DNA from: an uncultured Chloroflexia bacterium
GTDB lineage: Bacteria > Chloroflexota > Dehalococcoidia > DSTF01 > WHTK01
Reading direction: 5' to 3'
Length of the DNA: 64,000 nucleotides
NCBI GenBank assembly: GCA_963768705.1
Contig: CAVYJE010000025.1
Coordinates: 161,341 to 225,340, forward strand
The translations under genes were made by a program, and so were the position numbers. The notes under the pieces are model-generated. The model was not told the DNA's origin. It was given only the letters and a program-made list of their open reading frames with translations, and did no database searches. Within the stretch, counting starts at the first letter, position 1, and every line of letters starts with the position of its first letter. Below are positions 56,453-64,000 of the stretch, one piece after another.

Positions 56453-56476
56453 CTTCGGGGTCAGCCCGAGGTCGAG

Positions 56477-57169
56477 ATGGAGACAACCATGACAGCCGAG
56501 AAAGAGCGCCTGCCCCGAGAGCTCATCGCCATGCGAGTGGCGGTCGAGCTACAGCCCGGCGAGTTCGTCAACCTGGGCATCGGCATTCCCAACCTGGTTG
56601 CCGACTTCACGCCGGACGAGAAGGGCATCATCTATCACGCCGAAAACGGCATCCTCGGCTTGAGCAAGTCGCAGATGGAAGGCGGCGCCGATATTCCGGA
56701 CATGCGCAACGCCGGCGGCCAGCCCGTGCACATCATCAAGGGCGGCTGGCTCATGGACTCGGCAGACTCATTCGCTATCGTGCGTGGCGGGCACCTGGAC
56801 GTCGCCGTGCTCGGCGGGCTGCAGGTGGCCGAGAACGGCGATCTCGCGAACTGGATGCGCCCGAGTCGTGCGGTGGGCGCCGTCGGTGGCGCCGCCGATA
56901 TCGCTGCTGGCGCCCGCAAGCTCTACATCGCCATGGAGCACACGACGAAGGAAGGCGAGCTCAAGGTCGTCAAGCAGTGCAGCTACCCGCTGACAGCCAG
57001 GCACTGCGTCACGAAGATCTTCACGGACGTCGCCGTGATCAGCGTGACGCCCGAGGGCCTCGTGCTGGAAGAGGTGGCGCCCGGCTGGACGGCGGAAGAA
57101 GTGCAGGCGATCACGGAGCCCAAGCTCACGATCAGCCCCAACCTGCGCGAAATCCAGCTCGCCGGCTAA
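56477..57169 (+). CDS. CoA-transferase subunit B
   Basis: It has LQPGEFVNLGIGIPNLV, the catalytic-Glu region YHAENGILG and VLGGLQVAENGDLANW. Confidence 0.85.
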   Translation: METTMTAEKERLPRELIAMRVAVELQPGEFVNLGIGIPNLVADFTPDEKGIIYHAENGILGLSKSQMEGGADIPDMRNAGGQPVHIIKGGWLMDSADSFAIVRGGHLDVAVLGGLQVAENGDLANWMRPSRAVGAVGGAADIAAGARKLYIAMEHTTKEGELKVVKQCSYPLTARHCVTKIFTDVAVISVTPEGLVLEEVAPGWTAEEVQAITEPKLTISPNLREIQLAG

Positions 57170-57370
57170 ACGCGCCCCTTCTTCCTCAGCTCCCTCGAAA
57201 CCACCGCTCTACCGACACATGAGCCACAGCCGGGCATGGTCGAGATCATCGATCGCGATGGCCCCGAAGGGGCGACCCGTTAGTGCTACGAAGTGCTCTC
57301 GATGCAGTCCAGGGCGCATCCCGACATTCCCAGCGTAGCGACTAGGTCTGTTCGATTTGGGACAGAAGAC

Positions 57371-57691
57371 ATGTCTCAAAGAAACGATCATAGGCTCCTA
57401 TCCCCGCCGGACAGGAGCCTTGTGACGCAGAACCTAGATCATTCCAAGTTACGGGCCTACGAGCGTGCCGTTGACCAGCTTCGAGGTCTGGAGCGAGACC
57501 TCCTGCGCCAATTCGCACTCACATCCGGTCCCGCCGACTGTCCTGAGCGCCCGACCATGCGCGCGCTCGCCTTCCTCGAGGGTCTGCGCTCGGAGCGGGA
57601 TACCGCTTTCGTTGAGGTAAAGCGGTTGGAAATGGAAATGTTCAATGGGCTTATGTGCCGATTGGGTCAGATGAGCGACTCCCTAAAATAG
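57371..57691 (+). CDS. Hypothetical protein (weakly supported)
   Basis: The ORF lies in a region of lower G+C. ATG 57371 is the first ATG in the frame of track ORF 57293-57691. I recognised no family and saw no clear RBS. Confidence 0.3.
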   Translation: MSQRNDHRLLSPPDRSLVTQNLDHSKLRAYERAVDQLRGLERDLLRQFALTSGPADCPERPTMRALAFLEGLRSERDTAFVEVKRLEMEMFNGLMCRLGQMSDSLK

Positions 57692-57732
57692 TACGGCTTC
57701 CACCTCGTCTTGCTTTATGGTTCCCTAGGCTC

Positions 57733-58945
57733 ATGGCTAAAGGACGACGGCGCAAACGCGGCGGCTGGATCGAGCCCGAGCGCATCCGCCTCACACTCAC
57801 CGACATGGCTTACGAAGGTCACGCCATCGGGCGGCACGACGAGGAGGTCGTGTTCGTCGAGTACGGCTTGCCGGGTGAGGACGTCGAGGTCGAGCTGTAC
57901 AAGCGCCAGGCCGACTACGCTAACGGGCGCGTCGTAGAGGTGTACGAGGCTTCGCCCGACCGCATCGAGCCGCCGTGCCCGTACTTCGGCATGTGCGGCG
58001 GCTGTCACTGGCAGCACATGACCTACGAGCGCCAGCTGGAGCTGAAGCAGCACGTGGTCAAGGAGCAGCTACGGCGCATCGGCAAGTTCGAGGTGCAGCC
58101 CGTGTTGCCGACCGTGCCTGCCGAGGACCCGTGGCATTATCGCAACCACGTGCGCCTGAGCGCCGGCCGTCACGGTGACATCGGCTTCGTGCGGCGCGGC
58201 AGCCGCCGCTTCCTGCCGATCGAGCGCTGCCTGATCGCCGCACCCGGCGATCAACGAGGTGATCGAGAAGCTGCAGGGCAAGGCGGCAGGGCTGCATCAG
58301 GTCGAGATCCGCGTCGGCACCAACACGGACGACATGATGATCGTGCAGGACATGCGCGAGCGCGAGCCCAGCATGCCGGAGCCCAAGAAGACTTACACGG
58401 ACAGCCTCCTGGGGCGAGAGTTCCGTATCTCGGGCCCGTCGTTCTTCCAGTCCAACACGCGCCAGGCGGAGCGCCTGATCGAGATCGTGCGAGAGCGCCT
58501 CGACCTGCAGGGCGACGAGCTGCTGCTGGACGCCTACGCCGGCGTCGGGACGTTCGCGGCGCTGTTCGCCCCGTACGCGCGAGAGGTCGTCGGCATCGAA
58601 GAGTCAGCCACGGCAGTCGCGGATGCGCGCGTCAACCTGGCGGACCTGCCGAACGTGCGCTACCTCGAGGGCAAGGTCGAGGACGTGCTGCCGGGCCTCG
58701 ACTTCAAGGCCGACGCCGTGATCCTCGACCCCTCGCGCGTGGGCTGCCACCCGGACGTGATCAACGCGATCCTGCGCATGGCGCCGCCGAAGCTGGTCTA
58801 CGTCTCCTGCGACCCCGCCACGCTGGCCCGCGACCTGCGCCTGCTCGCGGACGGCGGCTACGAGCTGCTGGACGTGACGCCGCTGGACATGTTCCCCCAG
58901 ACCTACCACATCGAAAGCGTCAGCAACCTCCGCCTGCGGGCTTGA
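57733..58945 (+). pseudogene. TRAM-domain 23S rRNA (uracil-5)-methyltransferase RlmD/RumA family, one apparent frameshift ~58245
   Basis: It has an N-terminal TRAM-like domain, Fe-S Cys motifs (CPYFGMCGGCHWQH ... C), then [14 protein letters not shown] and [12 protein letters not shown] in the second frame. Confidence 0.8.
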
Positions 58946-59036
58946 ACGACCTTAACGAGACGAGGCCACCGCTGGCTCATGAAGCGTATGCTGGCGCCGT
59001 CGCCCCACGGGGCCTCCGCAGTGACAGGAGGAAACG

Positions 59037-59306
59037 ATGGCAACTCTCTTCGTACGGCACACGGTCTCGGACTTCACGGCATGGAAGCAGGGCTATGACA
59101 GCCACAAGAGTGTCCGGGATGCCGGAGGCGTGACGAGCGACGGCGTCTACCAGTCTGCCGACGACCCGAACGACGTCACGGTCTACCACGAGTTCCCCAG
59201 CATCGAGGCAGCAAAGGCTTTCGCGTCCAGCGACGACCTGAAGGCCGCGATGGCCGAGCTCGGCGTCGTCGGTGCACCGCAGGTCTGGTTCACGAATCGC
59301 GTTTAG
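59037..59306 (+). CDS. Small conserved protein, unknown function (89 aa)
   Basis: GGAGG lies upstream of the ATG. The MATLFVRHTVSDFTAWKQGYD...DPNDVTVYHEFPSIEAAKAF pattern resembles small dimeric alpha/beta-barrel proteins. Confidence 0.5.
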   Translation: MATLFVRHTVSDFTAWKQGYDSHKSVRDAGGVTSDGVYQSADDPNDVTVYHEFPSIEAAKAFASSDDLKAAMAELGVVGAPQVWFTNRV

Positions 59307-59514
59307 CAACTCGTACACAGGCACACCTTCGAGAGCAGCTCCGGAACATCGGTGAGCTGCTCTTTTCTTTGCGCTGAATCTCGACCATTTGCACCGCGCG
59401 AAGGCCGCCGGCGTACCCGTGGTCGTCCGCGCTACAGGCTCGCTGGCCGTTGGCATCGTCAGGCAGTCGTGGAGCCTGCTTCCGCACAACCGCGGCCCCG
59501 ACTAGGCTTGCGAC

Positions 59515-60447
59515 ATGCTCGGCGCCGTCTTCGCGCTTCTCGCTGCCGGCGCCTTCAGCGTCAACTCCGTGTTGATCCGTCGCGGTGTCGTGCGCACGTC
59601 GCCGACACACGCCGCCTTCATCACTGTGGTCATGGGCGTGCCGATGTTCCTCATCGCAGCGCTCGTCACGGGGCAGCTGTTTCGGTTCCAGGACCTGGCG
59701 CTCTCGGGCTACGCCTATCTGGCCGTCGGCGGCGTCGTCAACTACATCATCGGGCGCCAGTTCAACTACATGGCCATCGAGGCCATCGGTGCGGCGCGAG
59801 CAGCGCCGTTTCAGTCGCTCACCCTGCCTTACAGCGTCCTGGTTGCCTATCTCTTCCTCGGCGAGAGCATCTCGATCGCGACCGGCATCGGCGTTGCCCT
59901 GATCGTCGTTGGACCCGCGATCATGGTGGAGCGCCGGATTCAGCAGCCCGTACCAGTCGCAGCTAAGCCGGGTGTGGTTGCTGGCCCTGTGTTCGTGCCT
60001 CGGCAGATGGAGGGCTACATCCTCGCAACCCTGGCCGCCGCGGCCTACGGCACCAGCCCGATCCTGTTCAGGGCGGCGCTGGAGGGGCACACGGGTCTCT
60101 CGGCCCTGTCGGGTCTCATTGCCTACAGCGCCGCATCGGCCGTTCTGGTGGCGAGCACGCTTCTGCCAGCCCGCCGTTACCTACGCCGTAGCCTTGAGCC
60201 GGGCACGTTTCGGCTGTTCTTCGGCGCCTCGTTCTCTGTGTTCGCTGCGCAGATGCTGCGATTCCTGGCGTTGTCTGTAGCGCCTGTGGCGCTCGTGACT
60301 GGGCTGGAGCGCATGAACAGCGTGTTCACGCTTGGGCTCTCGTACTACATGAACCGCGTGCTGGAGCTGATCAACACACGCGTCGTGTTGGGCGTCGCAA
60401 TCTCTGTCGCCGGGTCATTGATCCTTGTCATCGGGCAGGCCATCTAG
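59515..60447 (+). CDS. EamA/DMT-superfamily transporter
   Basis: 310 aa with 10 predicted TM helices in two EamA-like halves. Confidence 0.75.
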   Translation: MLGAVFALLAAGAFSVNSVLIRRGVVRTSPTHAAFITVVMGVPMFLIAALVTGQLFRFQDLALSGYAYLAVGGVVNYIIGRQFNYMAIEAIGAARAAPFQSLTLPYSVLVAYLFLGESISIATGIGVALIVVGPAIMVERRIQQPVPVAAKPGVVAGPVFVPRQMEGYILATLAAAAYGTSPILFRAALEGHTGLSALSGLIAYSAASAVLVASTLLPARRYLRRSLEPGTFRLFFGASFSVFAAQMLRFLALSVAPVALVTGLERMNSVFTLGLSYYMNRVLELINTRVVLGVAISVAGSLILVIGQAI

Positions 60448-60726
60448 GCCGGCACCATCGGACTCGACGCCTCGATTCGTGCACCTGGCGACCTGCTGGA
60501 TGCATTTACTGATAGAAATTTCATGTTTTTAATATAGGAATGTTGTTATTGATGAAATCGCTAGCTTGAAAAATAATAGGGGGAAGACTCCTTAATCTTG
60601 AGTATTTTCCAATGGGAAGTGAATCAAGGCTTCTCGGTACGCCTGTCCAAGTCCGTGCGGAAGGCGACAATTGCTGAAAATATCTTCAGCAAGACAGATC
60701 TCATCGCTTGCATGATTCGTATTTTG

Positions 60727-60754
60727 TGATAAATAACTATGGAATTATTTATCA
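60727..60754. promoter_or_regulatory. Perfect inverted repeat TGATAAATAA-N8-TTATTTATCA inside a ~340-bp AT-rich intergenic island
   Basis: 10-bp perfect arms, 30 nt upstream of the SBP start codon. Confidence 0.5.
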
Positions 60755-60784
60755 TCCAATGGAGGGACCCTCAGGGGTAAAGCA

Positions 60785-62719
60785 GTGCAGAAATCATACT
60801 GGTCTAAGGTTCTCAACAATCGCGTAAGCCGCCGAAGGGCGGTTGTAGGCACAGGTGCGTTTGCCAGCGCGGCGGCGTTCCTTGCCGCCTGTGGTGGCGA
60901 TGATGACGATGGCTCCACGGGCGGTACCGGTGGTTCGACAGGCGCCACGGGCTCGACCGGCGGTTCGACGGGCTCGACCGGCGCAACGGGGGGCTCAACT
61001 GGCGCTACCGGCGTGGCCGGCGACACCAGCGGTCTTCTGTCTCCGTTCCTGGACACGCTGGCCCAGGCGAAAAAGGGCGGTACCCTGATCGACTACTGCA
61101 CGTCCGAGCCCAGCCATCTGGACGCCATGCAGCCCCTGGCCTCCATGAACTTCCAGGCGCGCGGTATCTACGCCAACCTCATCACCGAGGACGCCGGCTA
61201 CCTTGGCCCGTCTGAGAGCGTGATTAACGGCGACGTCGCTTCCTCGTGGGAGTTTTCGCCGGACCACCTGACGCTGACGATGAAGCTCCGTGACGGCATC
61301 GCCTTCCACGACAAGGAGCCGGTCAACGGCCGGGCTGTCGACGTGGATGACATCCAGTTCACCTGGAACCGCTACAAGGAGCTCGGCGCCCTGCGATCGC
61401 TCGTCTCGAACGAAGTGAACCCGCAAGCACCGGTGCTCTCGCTCGAGACGCCTGATGCGACCACGATTGTCATCAAGCTCAAGGAGCCCGTGACCTACGT
61501 CCACAAATACTTCGCTTCTTACGGTAGCTTTACCGGCGGCATGGTAATCATGCCGAAGGAGGCCGAAGACACGGCGGTGCTCGATGTCCGCCAGAACGCA
61601 ATTGGCACCGGTCCCTGGATCCTGGATGAAATCCGGCCCTCCATCGGCTACACGTTCAAGCGCAACGACGCCTACTACGATGACACCGCCGTGTGGCCGG
61701 ACAAGATGGAGATGCCCATCCTGACCGAGCACGCTGCCCGTCTGTCCCAGTTCAAGGCGGGGAACGTCCACTTGCTAGACCTGCGCCAAAACGCTGAGGA
61801 CGCGATCCCGACGAAGAAGGAGCAGCCTGACGTCAACCTCTACGCGCAGGACTTTGTGCCGCGCACCGAGGTTGTGACCTTCGGCATGGAGGGCGACTCC
61901 CCGTACAAAGACGAGCGCGTCCGCCAGGCGGTCTCCATGGCTCTGGACCGCGACGCCATGATCGACGCCGCCTTCAACGTCTCGAAATTCCAGGATGAAG
62001 GTCTGCCGATTGAGGTGCGCTACAACAGCCACATCCAGGCAGAGTGGGCTCCGTCCGGCTACTGGCTGGACCCGCAGAGCAGCGCGTTCGGCGAGAACGC
62101 GAAGTACTTCACGTACAGCGTCGAAGAGGCAAAGAAGCTGCTTAGCGCGGCCGGCTTCCCGGACGGCTTCACAACGACGATGCGCTACCCGGCGACCCAG
62201 CAGTACACGTTGTCTCGCTACGGTGAGGTCTGGGCCGGCCAGCTCCAAAGCATCCTAAACGTCGAAGTCGACGCGAAGCAGGACTACACGCAGGACTACA
62301 TCCCGAACCTGCGAGACGCCGGGGGCAAGTTCGAAGGCCTTGGCATGCACTCGGTAACCGGTTCGACGGCCCAGCGCCTCGCGCCTGAGTCCGACCTGTC
62401 GGCCCAGTTCTGGCCTGAGGGCGGCGTGACGTTCCATGGCTTTGGCGACAACGCAAAGGGCGACCCAGCCTTGAGCGAGATCATCGTCAAGGCCCGCACA
62501 GAGTTCGACACCGAGAAGCAGAAGGCGTTGGTGCACGAAGCCCAGAAGTACCTGGGTGGCAAGATGTGGGCGATGAGCCAGCCCGGTGGCGCCACGGCAT
62601 TCGTCCTCGGCTGGCCGGCGGTGAGCAACCTGTTCGCCTGGTCCAACTACACGTGGGGTCCTGCCGCGAAGTGGACCTACAAGCTCTGGCTAGACCAGAC
62701 CAAGAAGCCCTTCGCGTAG
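60785..62719 (+). CDS. ABC transporter substrate-binding protein, family 5 (peptide/nickel/opine type), Tat-signal lipoprotein with Gly/Ser/Thr-rich linker
   Basis: Intact 644-aa ORF with a GTG start. It has a twin-Arg signal (SRRRAVVGTGAFASAAAFLAACGG), a (G-S/T-T-G-A/G)n linker and a family-5 SBP body. Confidence 0.85.
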   Translation: MQKSYWSKVLNNRVSRRRAVVGTGAFASAAAFLAACGGDDDDGSTGGTGGSTGATGSTGGSTGSTGATGGSTGATGVAGDTSGLLSPFLDTLAQAKKGGTLIDYCTSEPSHLDAMQPLASMNFQARGIYANLITEDAGYLGPSESVINGDVASSWEFSPDHLTLTMKLRDGIAFHDKEPVNGRAVDVDDIQFTWNRYKELGALRSLVSNEVNPQAPVLSLETPDATTIVIKLKEPVTYVHKYFASYGSFTGGMVIMPKEAEDTAVLDVRQNAIGTGPWILDEIRPSIGYTFKRNDAYYDDTAVWPDKMEMPILTEHAARLSQFKAGNVHLLDLRQNAEDAIPTKKEQPDVNLYAQDFVPRTEVVTFGMEGDSPYKDERVRQAVSMALDRDAMIDAAFNVSKFQDEGLPIEVRYNSHIQAEWAPSGYWLDPQSSAFGENAKYFTYSVEEAKKLLSAAGFPDGFTTTMRYPATQQYTLSRYGEVWAGQLQSILNVEVDAKQDYTQDYIPNLRDAGGKFEGLGMHSVTGSTAQRLAPESDLSAQFWPEGGVTFHGFGDNAKGDPALSEIIVKARTEFDTEKQKALVHEAQKYLGGKMWAMSQPGGATAFVLGWPAVSNLFAWSNYTWGPAAKWTYKLWLDQTKKPFA

Positions 62720-62744
62720 GCTGTACTCAGCCTGAGCACGCAAC

Positions 62745-62780
62745 CAAGGAAGGCGCCGGAGATCTCCGGCGCCTTCCTTG
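62745..62780 (+). terminator. 36-bp perfect palindrome hairpin after the SBP gene
   Basis: CAAGGAAGGCGCCGGAGATCTCCGGCGCCTTCCTTG, 26 nt after the stop codon. Confidence 0.65.
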
Positions 62781-62822
62781 TGCTTCGATGCGCCTCGTCG
62801 AGGCGGACGCTACGATGGGCTT

Positions 62823-63459
62823 GTGCAGGACTCACCGCGCCGGTTGATCCTCGCCTCGGCCTCGCCGAGACGCCACGAGCTTCTGAGTCATCTCGGTCTC
62901 GAGTTCGAGGTGGCCGTCTCCGGCTTCGACGAGGAGTCGCTGGACCACCAGCGCGCTGAGAATCCTGGCGAAACGCCTCGCGGCCGCCAAGGTGGCCGAG
63001 GTCGCCCTCCTGCACCCCGAGGCGGTCGTCCTCGGCGCCGACACGATCGTCGTGTACCGCGGCGAGATGCTCGGTAAGCCCGTCGACGCTGTCGATGCGC
63101 GCTCGATGCTCCAAAAGCTGCGTGGCCGGGTGCATCGCGTGATCACGGGCGTGGCGCTCGCTGCACCCGGACGTACGCGGCCTCGCACGGAGCACGTGGT
63201 GTCGCGAGTGCGCATGCGGCAGTACACAGACGCGGAGATCGACGACACCATCGTGCGGGGAGTGCCCTTCGACAAGGCCGGTGGCTACGGCATTCAGGAC
63301 CCCGTGCTGCGGCCGGTCGAGGCCTGCGAGGGCTGTTTCTGCAGCGTCATGGGCCTGCCGCTCTGGACCGCCTACACACTGCTTCGCAATGCAGGCATCG
63401 ACGCCGAGACGGGCGGGATGCCGGAGCGCTGCGCCAGCTGTCCGGCACGCCCCGGGTAG
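62823..63459 (+). pseudogene. maf: Maf-family nucleoside-triphosphate pyrophosphatase, one apparent frameshift ~62967
   Basis: GTG 62823 begins ..RRLILASASPRRHELL. After the shift it reads AKRLAAAKVAEV..VLGADTIVV..GKP and ends with GGYGIQD. Confidence 0.8.
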
Positions 63460-63460
63460 G

Positions 63461-63599
63461 ATGCTCGCGCTTCTGCAAGAAGGCCTGACTAACCGCGAGA
63501 TCGCCGAGCGCGGGCGTCTGCGCGGACGGTGCCAAGTATCACCTGGCCGAGATCTGGTACCAGGTCGTCCGTTGGAAGGCGCGTCATAGGCCTGCGTGA
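63461..63599 (+). pseudogene. LuxR-type HTH fragment (degenerate, frameshifted)
   Basis: MLALLQEGLTNREIAER.. is followed in another frame by ..KYHLAEIW. Only the C-terminal HTH of a LuxR/NarL-type regulator is present. Confidence 0.35.
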
Positions 63600-63644
63600 T
63601 TCGGTATACTCGGGTGCTAACCGGGGCATACCGGATGCAGGCTT

Positions 63645-64000
63645 ATGGATAACCTGGAGCAGCGCGTCGCCGCACTGAAGTCCCTGATCAGGACGCCGAA
63701 CGCCCAGACGCGCGACTGGCGCTTCGAGCGGGAGGTCGATGACCTCCTTGACGTCTTTTACGACGACATCGGCACGATCAAGCTGCTGCCCCTGCGCAGC
63801 CTCTTCGACCTCTTCCTGCTCAAGGTCATGTACGTGGGCCGCGACGCCCGCGACCCGGACGTGCTCGACTACCTCTCCGACATGATGAATCGCTTCTTGC
63901 TGTCTCGGGAGCTCATGCGGTTCAACGCCCGCTACGACTTCCTGTTCTCGCTGCTGGACGAGATCAAGGAGAAGTCGCGCTTCCAGAACCTGTTCGAGGC
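63645..64000 (+). CDS. Hypothetical protein, 5' partial view (runs off the window end)
   Basis: The frame is open from ATG 63645 to the window edge (118+ codons) with GC3-rich codon usage. I recognised no family. Confidence 0.55.
   Translation, partial: MDNLEQRVAALKSLIRTPNAQTRDWRFEREVDDLLDVFYDDIGTIKLLPLRSLFDLFLLKVMYVGRDARDPDVLDYLSDMMNRFLLSRELMRFNARYDFLFSLLDEIKEKSRFQNLFE

Noticed and set aside
60880-61030. GGT/GGC/ACC-rich near-tandem DNA repeats as a non-coding repeat element
   Set aside because: They lie in frame inside the SBP gene and encode the Gly/Ser/Thr-rich linker after the lipobox Cys. This is a low-complexity coding sequence.

Overview
This is a 64-kb window of a high-G+C bacterial chromosome, roughly 65-70% G+C in coding regions judged by eye, not computed. 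The gene content includes a GtrA/GT2/GT39 glycosylation operon, VKOR-DsbA, PAC2, an L,D-transpeptidase, dnaJ-prmA and MoxR/DUF58 operons. That mix looks Chloroflexota/Thermomicrobia-like or actinobacterial, but the sequence alone cannot fix the taxonomy. I can support about 70 protein-coding genes and one tRNA-Gly(GCC). I found no rRNA, CRISPR array, transposase or integrase.

Main content:
- **Housekeeping and metabolism:** glsA fusion, leuB, dnaJ, prmA, maf, lhgO, CoA-transferase A/B, a Rieske oxygenase, two SDR paralogs and a family-5 ABC substrate-binding protein.
- **MoxR block (23.6-34.7 kb):** two convergent MoxR-DUF58 operons, one BAT-like with vWA/TPR proteins and one ending in a transglutaminase-like protein whose Cys-His-Asp triad reads Phe-Tyr-Asn.
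- **ThrC-family / NIL / small membrane protein / MoaD-type (C-terminal GG) operon:** this suggests protein-thiocarboxylate sulfur transfer.
- **Low-G+C islet (about 1.7 kb) next to tRNA-Gly:** it carries a convergent TcmP-like and three-Cys DUF5131 (phage Gp37/Gp68-like) gene pair of unknown function behind a perfect consensus promoter. This is my best candidate for an uncharacterised system.
- **Regulator/effector pairs with clear palindromic operators:** MarR-MFS, TetR, PadR-HAAS and vapBC.
- **Three intergenic repeat families:**
  - a 28-42 bp palindrome with compensatory changes;
  - a 109-bp MITE-like element with 16-bp terminal inverted repeats;
  - heptanucleotide-periodic TCAG/CTGA arrays that form long inverted repeats abutting stop codons.

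Caveat: roughly 40 apparent single-base frameshifts interrupt otherwise well-conserved genes. They cluster strongly at 23.6-27.5 kb, 32.5-34.7 kb and 37.8-40.7 kb. I annotate the affected genes as pseudogenes as assembled, but local assembly error is at least as likely as real decay. All family assignments come from motif recognition by eye; no database search was run.
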